The notes: generated from the letters alone by a model not told the origin. Numbered from the stretch's first letter, positions 9,041-18,559 are shown. The stretch is DNA of 34,718 nucleotides from an uncultured Clostridia bacterium (GCA_949746285.1 CATJZH010000106.1:1-34718), one strand, 5' to 3'. Program-made: numbers and translations.

Positions 9041-9961
9041 TTAAGCATTTTCTGTCATTATAGGAACTACTTGTTTTTTACGAGAAACAACTCCCTCTAA
9101 CAATGCTGTATTATCTTGTAACTTAACATTATATGCTTTTTCAACTATATTTGCTGAATTTCCAAGTGCAATTGTTTGTGTATTGCTATTTATTATATCA
9201 GTAATTAATAGCATAAATAAGTCTAATCCATTTTCATTAATTATTTTATTCATTCCAGCTTCTAAGTCTGATTTCATTTTCATAACTTCAGGAATTGAAG
9301 CAGTGTTTACTTGTGCAATTATTGATTTTTTATCTTTTAATGAAATAGCCTTAGCATCTAAAGCTAATATTTGTTCTATTGTAAATGAACTTAAGTCTGT
9401 TCCTGCTTTTAACATATCCATTCCATAAGTTTCATAATTTATTTCTGCTATTTTTGATAATTCTTTAACTGCATTTATATCATCTTCTGTACAAGTTGGT
9501 GATTTAAGTAAAAGTGTATCTGAAATAATAGCTGATAACATAAGTGTTGCTATTTTTTTATCTATTTGCAAATTATGCTCTTTATATAATTTATACATTA
9601 TTGTTTCTGTACATCCTACTGGTTCAGCTCTATAAAATACTGGATAAGATGTATTTAGTAATACTTGATGATGATCTACAATTTTCTTTATTTTTACATT
9701 TTCTAAGTTTGGAATAAGCTCTCCTGGATTTGCAGTATCTACTATAATAACTTCTTCTCCATCTTCCAAATCTTCTATAAGTTCTGGTGCCTCTATTCCT
9801 ACATAATTTAAAATATATTCTGTTTCTTTATTTACCATTCCTAATCTACAAGCAACTACTTCTGCGTTTCCAGTTCTTTTTTCAAATTCTGTCATAACTA
9901 AACTTGAGATAATAGAGTCTGTATCTGGATTTTTATGTCCAAAAATATAAGTTTTTCCCAT
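9041..9961 (-). CDS. ppaC: Manganese-dependent inorganic pyrophosphatase (family II, DHH)
   Basis: IFGHKNPDTDSI (DHH motif I), IVDHHQ, and a DHHA2 C-terminal domain. 306 aa. Confidence 0.92.
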   Translation of the reverse strand: MGKTYIFGHKNPDTDSIISSLVMTEFEKRTGNAEVVACRLGMVNKETEYILNYVGIEAPELIEDLEDGEEVIIVDTANPGELIPNLENVKIKKIVDHHQVLLNTSYPVFYRAEPVGCTETIMYKLYKEHNLQIDKKIATLMLSAIISDTLLLKSPTCTEDDINAVKELSKIAEINYETYGMDMLKAGTDLSSFTIEQILALDAKAISLKDKKSIIAQVNTASIPEVMKMKSDLEAGMNKIINENGLDLFMLLITDIINSNTQTIALGNSANIVEKAYNVKLQDNTALLEGVVSRKKQVVPIMTENA

Positions 9962-10090
9962 TTCAATTCTCCGTTTCTTTACTAAAATTTACAGTTATAT
10001 TATAACATTTCCTTTAAAAAATCAACATTTTCCATGTAATTTTAACATACTGTAATAATAAAGTAATATTTGAAACATATATCATTTTTT

Positions 10091-10120
10091 AAAAAAATTC
10101 CTGATTCTAAATCAGGAATT
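10091..10120 (-). terminator. Rho-independent terminator ending the ABC-F / repeat-protein gene string
   Basis: 10-bp stem AATTCCTGAT (10096..10105) and ATCAGGAATT (10111..10120) with a 5-nt loop and a T run on the minus strand. It lies directly after the stop at 10125. Confidence 0.75.
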
Positions 10121-10124
10121 TAAT

Positions 10125-12122
10125 CTATGCTATTACTCTTTCATTTTTTCTTCCTACATTTTTATCTATTTCTTGCGATTTCTTTTGTGCAATATCTACA
10201 GACTTTCTTAACATATGTAATTTTTTCTTATCTTGTGTTGTTATTAAATCATTTTGCATACTAAAAGTTATAAAGCTATTTGCTCTTTTATATTGCATAT
10301 TAGCTATACAAGCTTTAGTAAAAAATGTACAGTTTCTATAATCAACTGTATCATAATCAATAAATTCCAAAGCATTATGAAGAGTATCAATTGTTTTATC
10401 TGACATTTGAGATAAATCTTCTTTATATTTTTCACGACATAAATTAATATATTTTATTACACTTGCTTTAGCCTTTTGAGATTCTATAAAGTTATCCATT
10501 ATCTTTATACATCTATTTTCAATTTTCTCAAATTTTTCTAAATCACTTTTTAAAGTTTTTGTAACTTTATTTTTTAATTTTTCTTTTTCATTTCTGATTT
10601 TTGCTTGTTCTAACACAGTTTTATAGTTTAAAGAATTATTAAATAAAGATATAATTCCTGCTTCAAACATTTCTTCATCAATATGTAAAACTTTGTAAAT
10701 CACTTCTTGATCATCTCCATTTAGTAGCATATTGAATAATTTTTTTCTAATATCCTCAAGATTTGTTTTTAATACTTCTAACTTTTTATAACTAGTAATC
10801 CCATCTGTTCTATCATATAATTCACCTAAACTATATTCATTTCCTAACATTTTTAATATATCTATATCTCTTTTCTTCAAAAAACTTTTTTTGTTTTCTA
10901 AAGTTCCTGAAATAGATAATATTTTACATGTTTCTACTTTTTCTTCATCATCTCTATAAAACATATGTCCATAATCATCTTTGTTTATTTCTAAAATATC
11001 TTGTGCAAATTGTGGTCTCGACATAATAGTTACAGCATTTTTATATAATTTTTCGAAAAATTTAGCTGTTATTCTTTGTTCAAAGTATAGTAAATTTTCT
11101 TCTATTACTCTAGCTTTTAAGTTAGCTATATCGGCATCTGAAAATTCAAATCTACTATATATTGCTCTTTTCCCATTTTCGCTATCAAGATTATTTTTCA
11201 TATAAGATAAATTATGCCCTGCCATAAATAATATACCTTCTGAGAATTGTCTTTCAGAGAGTTTTTCTCCATAAGTATCATATAATCTTTTAAATTCCCT
11301 ATAATCAATTAGTTCTCCTTTATAATGTCCCGATTTCTCAAAAACTTTTTTTCTTATCCTATTTATTTCCTCTTCTGAAACATTCTCATTTCTTAATATT
11401 CCTGCTGTTTTTTCTTCCTCTTCAGCAAAACTCTTACCTTTTCTTTTTTCGTAATCTCTAACAATTTCTTTCATTTTATCTTCTGAAACATCCAAAATCT
11501 GACTTGCAAAAGTTTTTTGTGACATTCCATTTCCATATTTATTGTATAAATCTACAAATTGCCTACCTGTTATAAAATCTTCTATATGCAATTTATTTTC
11601 TTTTATTACAATTTCTCTTAAATTCTCTATCTGCTTTTTACTTAATTCTTCTTTATCTTCCCCCGCTTTAAGTTTTTTTGTTTTACCAAATATAACCTTT
11701 GTTTTACATTTTCCTTCTTTGAATTCTGGAAATCCATTTTTAGCTATTTCAAATACCTCTTCTGCAAATTCTACTTCATTTGTTATAAAGCCATATTTTT
11801 CATAAAATTGTCGAAACTCTTCATATGTTATAGCTTTCCCTATATAAACATTTTCATCTTCTTGTATTTTATTTTTTGTTTTATAATAAAATCTTTCTGG
11901 AATTTTAGTATCTGTAAGTATAATGCTTTCATATTTTTCTTTTTGAAAACCATAAAATCTAGACTTAGTTATATCTAATATTTGTGATGCAAAATCGCTT
12001 TCAGACAAAATTCCAGAATGTCTTTTATATATGTCTTTAAATTTTTTATAACTAATTTGGTCTTTAATATGCAAATTTTCATCAAATATTGTTTTTTCTC
12101 TTATTTTCAATAAATAATCCAA
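10125..12122 (-). CDS. C-terminal part (665 codons) of the second HTH-like-repeat giant protein, probably one gene with 12173..12901
   Basis: Colinear with residues about 260..879 of the 12932..15571 product (LDYLLRIREE.. versus LDYLLKIREK.., down to the CRE.Y...MQYKRAN...DKKKL C-terminus). The nominal TTG start has no RBS, and its frame stays open 33 codons further upstream. Confidence 0.6.
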   Translation of the reverse strand: MDYLLKIREKTIFDENLHIKDQISYKKFKDIYKRHSGILSESDFASQILDITKSRFYGFQKEKYESIILTDTKIPERFYYKTKNKIQEDENVYIGKAITYEEFRQFYEKYGFITNEVEFAEEVFEIAKNGFPEFKEGKCKTKVIFGKTKKLKAGEDKEELSKKQIENLREIVIKENKLHIEDFITGRQFVDLYNKYGNGMSQKTFASQILDVSEDKMKEIVRDYEKRKGKSFAEEEEKTAGILRNENVSEEEINRIRKKVFEKSGHYKGELIDYREFKRLYDTYGEKLSERQFSEGILFMAGHNLSYMKNNLDSENGKRAIYSRFEFSDADIANLKARVIEENLLYFEQRITAKFFEKLYKNAVTIMSRPQFAQDILEINKDDYGHMFYRDDEEKVETCKILSISGTLENKKSFLKKRDIDILKMLGNEYSLGELYDRTDGITSYKKLEVLKTNLEDIRKKLFNMLLNGDDQEVIYKVLHIDEEMFEAGIISLFNNSLNYKTVLEQAKIRNEKEKLKNKVTKTLKSDLEKFEKIENRCIKIMDNFIESQKAKASVIKYINLCREKYKEDLSQMSDKTIDTLHNALEFIDYDTVDYRNCTFFTKACIANMQYKRANSFITFSMQNDLITTQDKKKLHMLRKSVDIAQKKSQEIDKNVGRKNERVIA

Positions 12123-12172
12123 ACTTAAAATTTCGTGTTCCCAAACTTTCGCATCTTTTACTCTTCCATCAA

Positions 12173-12901
12173 TTAATTTTTTTGCCTTGATTCTGTAAGA
12201 CCTAACACTTCTTTTGCAAAATCAAATTGCGAAAAATTATCTTCTCCATAAATCTCATAAAGTTCTAAAAACTTATCTTTTTCTATTTTGTCTCCCATAT
12301 GCAAATTCATATCCATGGCTATAGTATCTTTTAAATCAGAGAGTTCCTTTTTCTTTTCAGTTACAGACTTTTTTATGTATTCTTCTATTTCCTCTTCATT
12401 TTTTTCTGAAAAATATATATCATCTGTTTTCGTAAAAATTTTTTGTCTATCTGTTTGGTCATATTTAATTCTTGAAAGATTGTCTCTTAAAATATCCAGC
12501 ACCTTTTCAGAAAAAGTAATAATATTTAATTTACTAGGAATAGAATTATATATTTCTTCTATCTCGTTATAAAATTTTCCCTCTCCTTTTTTTAAGTTTA
12601 ATTTTCTTATAAGTTGTAACTTCATTAATTCTATTTCTATATCATCTATTTCTTCTTTTTTTAATATCGAACGATTAGTTCCTTCTTTAAAACCATAAAA
12701 ATCTGTATCTTTAATATCTAAAAAAACATCTGCAAACTCTTTTTCTGTAAATCCTTCTCCGTAATTATCATATAATCTTAGAAACTCTTCATGGCTTATT
12801 AAATCTTCGATATGAAGATTTTCTTTTTCAATTATAGCTTCTCTTAGATTTTTCTGTCTTCTCTTTTTCACAGATGTTGCTTTTTCTACTGAAAATCTCA
12901 T
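12173..12901 (-). CDS. N-terminal part (242 codons) of the second HTH-like-repeat giant protein
   Basis: Aligns with residues 1..about 245 of the 12932..15571 product (MRFSVEKATSVKKR versus MEFSVERKASIKKR). Strong GGGAGGTG RBS. It ends at a TAA immediately after an A7 tract. Confidence 0.6.
   Translation of the reverse strand: MRFSVEKATSVKKRRQKNLREAIIEKENLHIEDLISHEEFLRLYDNYGEGFTEKEFADVFLDIKDTDFYGFKEGTNRSILKKEEIDDIEIELMKLQLIRKLNLKKGEGKFYNEIEEIYNSIPSKLNIITFSEKVLDILRDNLSRIKYDQTDRQKIFTKTDDIYFSEKNEEEIEEYIKKSVTEKKKELSDLKDTIAMDMNLHMGDKIEKDKFLELYEIYGEDNFSQFDFAKEVLGLTESRQKN
12177..12183 (-). repeat. A7 homopolymer (coding strand) at the frame break between the two ORF halves
   Basis: Coding strand reads ...TCA AGG CAA AAA AAT TAA TTG ATG G... 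One extra A would give Q K K L I D G R V K D A K V W E H E I F K L D Y L L, continuous with the downstream ORF and the same length as the paralogue in this stretch. Confidence 0.7.
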
Positions 12902-12931
12902 ATAATCACCTCCCTACTCTCTAAAATTTAT

Positions 12932-15571
12932 TTATACAGCATATTCTCCTTCAAATATTCTATTTTGTCTACTCTCCATTGGTATAATTCTTCTCTTTTT
13001 CATTACTGTATCCTTTTTCTTTGATGCATCCCTAATCATAGTTCTCATTTCTTGCAGTTTTCTTTTATCACTAATACTTAGGTTTTCATCTTGCATATTA
13101 AATGTTACTATTTCATTAGCTCTTTTATATTCCATATTATCAATGCAAACTCTTACAAAAAACAAGCTATTTTCAAAATCTATATCTAAAAACTCTATAC
13201 AATTTTGAATAGAATCTAAAATTTCCTCTGGCATTTCTTTTGGATTTTCCCAGTAAAATTCCCTACATAATCTTATATAACGTTTTAAAATTTTTCTATT
13301 TTTTTCTGTATCATCAACCTCATACATTATATGGTCACATTGTTTTTTAATCTCTTGTAATTCTTTTTCTTTATTCACCCTAGCTATTATACTTATAATC
13401 TTATCTTTCTCTATATTACTATCCTTTACTCTTTTCTCATCTATGACTTGACCATTCTTAGCTTTATTATATATGTATTTACATGTAACACTCTTTTCAT
13501 CTAATTCTGTTTCATATAAATTTTCTATTTTTTTATTTAACTCTTCTTTTGATAAATTTATATTTTCTTCTATTTCATCATATCCATATCCTGCTTCAAG
13601 CATTTGTTTTATTTTCTTATCTTGCCTTTCTAAAAATTTAACTTTATTTTGTTCAGTTCCTGAAGTAGTTAAAATAAAACTGCTACCTATTTCTTTATTT
13701 TCAAGTTGACAAAGACTCCAGTTATTTATCTCTAATATTTCTTTTGCAAAAACTCGTTTAGACATAATCGTATGAGCACTTTTATATAATTTATTTAGGA
13801 AAGCTAAAGTTACTGATTGATTATAAAATAATAAATTTTCTTTTACTACTTTAGCTTTTAAATTTGCTATATATGCATCAGAAAATTTAGCTCTACAAAA
13901 AATTTCAGCACGTCCTTCTAAGTCATTTCGTATATCAACTAATTTATCTGAAGAAATAAATAATATTTTATTTGCAAATTGTTTTTCAGATAAGATGCCT
14001 CCATATAAATTATATAATCTTAGAAATTCTTTATAATCAATTCTATCTCCTTTACAATGTTCTCCTATTCTAAAAAGTCTTTTTCTTAAACTTTTAATCT
14101 CTTCGCTACTTACTTTTTCATTTGTAAGTATTTGTGTACCTCTATTTTCATCTCTTAGTATTAAGTTTAAATTATTATCTTTTATATCCAATATTTCAAA
14201 TGCAAAATCTTTTGGACTCATTCCAAAACCATATTTTTCATAAAGTATTTTAAATTTACTTCCTCTTATAGAATCTTTTATATGTAATTTATTTTCCCTT
14301 ATCACGAGTTGTCTTAATTTTTTGATCTCTTCTGAATTTTTTTCATTTCCTTTATTCTTAAGAATCATTGCTATTTTATTTCTTCCGCTTCTTAATGACA
14401 TTATAGCATCTTGATCCATTTCTAATACTTTTTCTCCAAATTCTAAATCATTTATAATAAATCCATATTTTTCGTGTAACATCTGAAATTCTTCATATGT
14501 AACAAATTTTCCTTTATAGACATTTTCATTATTTTTAATTTTCTGTTTTGTCTGAACATAAAATTCTTCTGGTGCTTCAATGCTGGAAATAACTCCAGAT
14601 TCACTCTTTCCTTTCTTGAGTTCATTATATCGCGCTCTTTCTATATCTAATACTTCTAAAGCAAAATCTACTTCATTTAAAATTCCAGAATGCCTTTTAT
14701 AAATTTCTTTAAATCTTTCATAATTTATTTTTTCATTTATATGTAATTTTTCTTCTAGTATAGTCTCTTCTCTTATTCTTAATAAATAATCTAATGTAGG
14801 AATTTCTTCCTTCCAAATTTTTACATCTTTAGTTTTATCATTTAACAAACTTTTTATTTTAGTAGAACCTACACCTAATATACTACTAGCAAATTCCTCT
14901 TTTGTAAAACCTTCGCCATAAATTTGATATATCTCTTCAAAATCATTTTTATTTATTTCATCTGACATATGAAGATTTCTATCTTTAGCTATTATATCTT
15001 TTAAATCTGATATTTCCATTTTTCTTTTTTCTATTTCTTTCAATGTACTTTTTAAAACTTCATCACATTTCTGAAGATTAAAATAATCACTATTGGTTTT
15101 ACTTAAAATTGTAGTTTTTCTTGTTTTCACAATACTTGTACGTGAAACTGTTTGTTGAGCTACATCTAATATTTTTTCTGCAAAATGAACTAATGATAGC
15201 TTGCTTTGCGCTTTATTATATATTTCTACTAGTTCATCATATCTTTTTTCATCTAACTGTTTTAGTCCTAATTCTTTTATTAACTTAACCTTCATACATT
15301 CTATATCATAATCATCTACTACTTCCTTTTTTAGGATTTTACAACTTCCTCTCTTTTTTAAATCATAATAATCATTTTTGGACATATCCAAAAATATATC
15401 TCCAAATTCACTTTCACTAAGATTTGTACCATAAACAGAATATAGTTCTAAAAATCTACTATATTCTATAGAGTCGTAAATATGAAGAGCTGCTTTTTTT
15501 ATCATATCCTCTTTTAATTTTTTTAGTTCTCTCTTTTTTATTGAGGCTTTTCTTTCAACTGAAAACTCCAT
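12932..15571 (-). CDS. Giant protein of unknown family: about 8 HTH-like repeats of about 75 aa plus a conserved C-terminal domain (intact copy)
   Basis: Repeated core (K)LHIxDxIxxxxFxxLYxxYGxx(L/M)SExxFAxxILDI at roughly residues 29, 108, 199, 276, 350, 429, 505 and 580. AAAGGAGGTG RBS. It starts 21 nt after the ABC-F stop. 879 aa. Confidence 0.75.
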   Translation of the reverse strand: MEFSVERKASIKKRELKKLKEDMIKKAALHIYDSIEYSRFLELYSVYGTNLSESEFGDIFLDMSKNDYYDLKKRGSCKILKKEVVDDYDIECMKVKLIKELGLKQLDEKRYDELVEIYNKAQSKLSLVHFAEKILDVAQQTVSRTSIVKTRKTTILSKTNSDYFNLQKCDEVLKSTLKEIEKRKMEISDLKDIIAKDRNLHMSDEINKNDFEEIYQIYGEGFTKEEFASSILGVGSTKIKSLLNDKTKDVKIWKEEIPTLDYLLRIREETILEEKLHINEKINYERFKEIYKRHSGILNEVDFALEVLDIERARYNELKKGKSESGVISSIEAPEEFYVQTKQKIKNNENVYKGKFVTYEEFQMLHEKYGFIINDLEFGEKVLEMDQDAIMSLRSGRNKIAMILKNKGNEKNSEEIKKLRQLVIRENKLHIKDSIRGSKFKILYEKYGFGMSPKDFAFEILDIKDNNLNLILRDENRGTQILTNEKVSSEEIKSLRKRLFRIGEHCKGDRIDYKEFLRLYNLYGGILSEKQFANKILFISSDKLVDIRNDLEGRAEIFCRAKFSDAYIANLKAKVVKENLLFYNQSVTLAFLNKLYKSAHTIMSKRVFAKEILEINNWSLCQLENKEIGSSFILTTSGTEQNKVKFLERQDKKIKQMLEAGYGYDEIEENINLSKEELNKKIENLYETELDEKSVTCKYIYNKAKNGQVIDEKRVKDSNIEKDKIISIIARVNKEKELQEIKKQCDHIMYEVDDTEKNRKILKRYIRLCREFYWENPKEMPEEILDSIQNCIEFLDIDFENSLFFVRVCIDNMEYKRANEIVTFNMQDENLSISDKRKLQEMRTMIRDASKKKDTVMKKRRIIPMESRQNRIFEGEYAV

Positions 15572-15592
15572 ATATGCACCTCCTTTTATATT

Positions 15593-17506
15593 TTAGTGCA
15601 ATATTTCATTTATTCTATCTATTTCTTCCTCAGTAAATTCCCATGTTTTCATATTTTCTTCAATTTCTCTATTTATACTATTAATCTTTTCTTGTATTTC
15701 AGTAACTTTTACATAATCAGAATATATTTCTTCTTGTAATAATTCTTTTTGCAAGCTAGAAACTTCCTCTTCTTTTTTAGAAATTTCTTCTTCAAGTTTT
15801 TTTATTTTTCTTTGCAATTTGCCTCTATCTTTTAATGGATTATTATAAACTGCTTTTTTAGCTTTTTCTTGTTTTTTATTATTTTCATCTTCTACTACTA
15901 TTTCTTCTCTTTTTTCTAAGTAATATCCGTATCCATAATCATAAAATTTTGTTTGTCCGTTTTCAAAACTTAAAATACAATTAGCTATTTTATTAACAAA
16001 AAATCTATCATGTGACACAAAAATAAGAGTTCCTTTATATTCAGATAACATGTTTTCTAAACTTTCTTTACCAACTATATCCATATGATTAGTGGGTTCA
16101 TCTAATATAAGCAGATTAGGTTTTCTTTTTAATATTTTACAAAGTGCTAGTCTTACTTTTTCTCCACCAGATAGCATACTAATTTCTTTAAATACATCTT
16201 CTCCATAAAACATAAAAGCTGCTAATGAATTCCTTATTTCTGTTACTGTTAAGTTTGGAAATTCTTCATAAAAATCGTCAAATATTGTTTTACTAGAATT
16301 TAGCTGTGCTATTTGCTGGTCAAAATATCCAATCTCTACATTGTGACCTAATTCAAAATTACCTCCTAAAGCTCTTTCTTTACCTACAATCGTTTTTAGT
16401 AAAGTTGATTTTCCTGTTCCATTACTTCCAATTATTCCAAGTCTTTGTGATTTATACAATTTAAACGATACTGTAGATAATAATTTATCGTATCCTATTT
16501 GTAAGTTATCTACAGTTAAAACATTATTTCCACTTTCTTTTTCAATATTAAAATTTGTTTTAAAAGTTTTTAAATCATATTTATTTGGCTCTTCAATTTT
16601 TACCATTCTTTCAACTTGTTTTAATTTTGAAAGTGCCATCTTTGCTTTTGTGGGTTTATATCTAAATCTATCAGCTATTGCTGTAAGCCTTTTTATCTCT
16701 TTTTGTTGAAATTCAAAATCTTTTAATGTTCTTTCATAATTTATTCTTTTTTGTTTTTCAAAAAATTCATAATTTCCCGAATACTCTGTAATTGTTCCAT
16801 ATTCTATTTCATATATTTTATCAACTATTTTATTTAAAAACATTCTGTCATGTGAAACTATAACTACTGCTTTGTTATAACTTTTTAAATAACTTTCAAG
16901 CCATTCTATAGTAGTAATATCTAAATGATTTGTAGGTTCATCTAACAATAATATGTCTGGTTTACTAAGTAATAATTTAATAAATGCAATTTTTGTTCTC
17001 TGTCCTCCTGAAAATTCACTTATTTTTTTATATTTGTCTTCTGCTGTGAAACCAAACTTATTTATAGCTGTTTCATATTCTTTTTTATATGTATATCCCT
17101 CTAAAAATTCATATCTATCCTGCAATCTTGAATATTCTTTTGCGATTTCTTCTGATTTATCTGTTTGCATTTTTATTACTATATTTTCTATTTTTTTCTC
17201 TAAATTTATTATTTCTTTATATTCTTTTAAAATTTCATCTAACATAGTAATATTTTCGTCTTCGAAATCTATTTGTTTTAAATACCCAATAACTGGTTTA
17301 CCTTCTTTATATACACTAAATTTCTCTGTTCCGATTCCTTCTGATAGAAGTTCATTATCTACAATTGCTTTTAAAAGTGTAGATTTACCACTTCCATTTC
17401 TTCCTACTATTGCTACTTTTTGCTTTCCTTTTACTTCAAAATTTATTTCTTCTAATATAGTTTCAGCTCCATACGATACTGAACCATTAGTTATTCTATA
17501 ATTCAT
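15593..17506 (-). CDS. ABC-F family ATPase with two ABC domains and a coiled-coil C-terminal extension, no TM domain
   Basis: Two Walker A motifs (GRNGSGKST, GSNGTGKST), two signatures (FSGGQRTK, LSGGEKVR) and two Walker B motifs (LLLDEPTNHLD, LILDEPTNHMD). An interdomain linker of about 80 aa. The ATG at 17506 (MNYRITNG) has AAGGA upstream, and the 24-codon extension to 17578 is unlikely. Confidence 0.88.
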   Translation of the reverse strand: MNYRITNGSVSYGAETILEEINFEVKGKQKVAIVGRNGSGKSTLLKAIVDNELLSEGIGTEKFSVYKEGKPVIGYLKQIDFEDENITMLDEILKEYKEIINLEKKIENIVIKMQTDKSEEIAKEYSRLQDRYEFLEGYTYKKEYETAINKFGFTAEDKYKKISEFSGGQRTKIAFIKLLLSKPDILLLDEPTNHLDITTIEWLESYLKSYNKAVVIVSHDRMFLNKIVDKIYEIEYGTITEYSGNYEFFEKQKRINYERTLKDFEFQQKEIKRLTAIADRFRYKPTKAKMALSKLKQVERMVKIEEPNKYDLKTFKTNFNIEKESGNNVLTVDNLQIGYDKLLSTVSFKLYKSQRLGIIGSNGTGKSTLLKTIVGKERALGGNFELGHNVEIGYFDQQIAQLNSSKTIFDDFYEEFPNLTVTEIRNSLAAFMFYGEDVFKEISMLSGGEKVRLALCKILKRKPNLLILDEPTNHMDIVGKESLENMLSEYKGTLIFVSHDRFFVNKIANCILSFENGQTKFYDYGYGYYLEKREEIVVEDENNKKQEKAKKAVYNNPLKDRGKLQRKIKKLEEEISKKEEEVSSLQKELLQEEIYSDYVKVTEIQEKINSINREIEENMKTWEFTEEEIDRINEILH

Positions 17507-17662
17507 ATACTTTTTCCTTAAACACAGACTTTTCATTATTATATCATATTTTTGAGTATTTTTAAAGCTTTTTTCCATTTTTTAACAGATTATGTAAAAT
17601 TAAAATTGGGGAGCAAAAGTCTATAACCTTCACTCCCCAAAGCTTATTATCTAAGCATCTTA

Positions 17663-18559
17663 CTATTCCAACAACTTCTCGAAATAACTGTCATCTATAA
17701 TTAACATTCCTTTGAATGATTCCAATATAGCGGCTCTTTCCTCTTCCTCCAGCTCTTCACAATAATTGGCTGTCATATGGCACATGACATCTTGAATTAC
17801 TTTAACAAGTTCCTCTGCGGTTTCTGTGTCAGAAAGATTGCCATATATCTCATAAAAACTACTTAAAATTGCTAAGGCACTATTGAATTTTTCTGACATC
17901 CCCTCTTTAGTCAGTTCATCCAATTTATTAGCGAGTTCACCATCAAAAATCATTTTTTGTGTTTCTACCTCTCCAAACACTGTAAAAAGTTGCGTTAGAT
18001 AGAGTACTTCATACTGATATTGCAGTTTAAATGGTAAGGCATTTAAATTTGAAATCTGTCCTGCAAAGAAGTCTGCAACTCCCTCCCAGATTTGGAGCTT
18101 CACTGCTTCTTCTGAGTACGTCAGCGTATGCATCAGCTCATGCAATATGAGCGTTTTTAGGTAGTCTTCCTCATATTCAGAACAGACTGGAAAAACTAAT
18201 ACTTTGTTCAATTTTACAAAGTATTTGGCATCCATGCCCTCTGTCCTAGCTTCCCCAGATTTAAGTTTTACTCCCTTAGAATGACAAATCTCCGCCTTTT
18301 CCAAAAGCTCCCAATTGAAATACGGATATAATTCTTTCATATCTGTTTCATTTATCATATCCTTACATTCTTCTAAGAGCTTATCTAACTCCTTGTCATC
18401 TTGCAGTTCTATGGGTGTACCATCTTCATATGCTAATTCGAATGGACTCTCCCATTTATCAGCATACTGATACCGATATGTGTCTTTGTAACTACATCCT
18501 GTCAATACTACCATTACCAATGCCATTACCAGTGCCAATCCTTTACTCATTTTCTTCAT
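17663..18559 (-). CDS. Lipoprotein with an HExxH zinc-metallopeptidase-like motif (family unknown)
   Basis: Lipobox VVLTGC after a signal peptide, and LILHELMHTL. G+C is far above the surroundings. The ATG at 18559 is 6 nt after GGAGGA. Confidence 0.7.
   Translation of the reverse strand: MKKMSKGLALVMALVMVVLTGCSYKDTYRYQYADKWESPFELAYEDGTPIELQDDKELDKLLEECKDMINETDMKELYPYFNWELLEKAEICHSKGVKLKSGEARTEGMDAKYFVKLNKVLVFPVCSEYEEDYLKTLILHELMHTLTYSEEAVKLQIWEGVADFFAGQISNLNALPFKLQYQYEVLYLTQLFTVFGEVETQKMIFDGELANKLDELTKEGMSEKFNSALAILSSFYEIYGNLSDTETAEELVKVIQDVMCHMTANYCEELEEEERAAILESFKGMLIIDDSYFEKLLE

Noticed and set aside
12171-12190. Programmed -1 ribosomal frameshifting at A AAA AAT as the primary explanation for the split paralogue.
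   Set aside because: I see no downstream stimulatory hairpin and no SD-like element at a suitable distance. An A-tract length error or slippage mutation is more parsimonious. I kept it only as an alternative in the finding.
16953-17501. A 182-aa plus-strand ORF antisense to the ABC-F gene. Similar antisense ORFs in the track include 1413..1709, 1675..2022, 22671..23012, 27736..28071 and 33908..34225.
   Set aside because: All lie entirely inside well-supported minus-strand genes and translate to low-complexity F/L/I/S-rich peptides with no RBS. They are shadow ORFs, as expected in AT-rich DNA.
17507-17578. A 24-codon N-terminal extension of the ABC-F ORF (MEKSFKNTQKYDIIMKSLCLRKKY), considered as a possible leader peptide.
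   Set aside because: It is in frame with no intervening stop, so it cannot be a separate uORF. The internal ATG at 17506 has the RBS and gives the canonical ABC-F N-terminus.
17608-17638. The GGGGAG...CTCCCC hairpin downstream of the lipoprotein gene, considered as a strong terminator or island boundary repeat.
   Set aside because: It has only 6 bp of solid stem and a 19-nt loop with a few weak internal pairs. No matching repeat exists at the other end of the island, so it is too weak to annotate.
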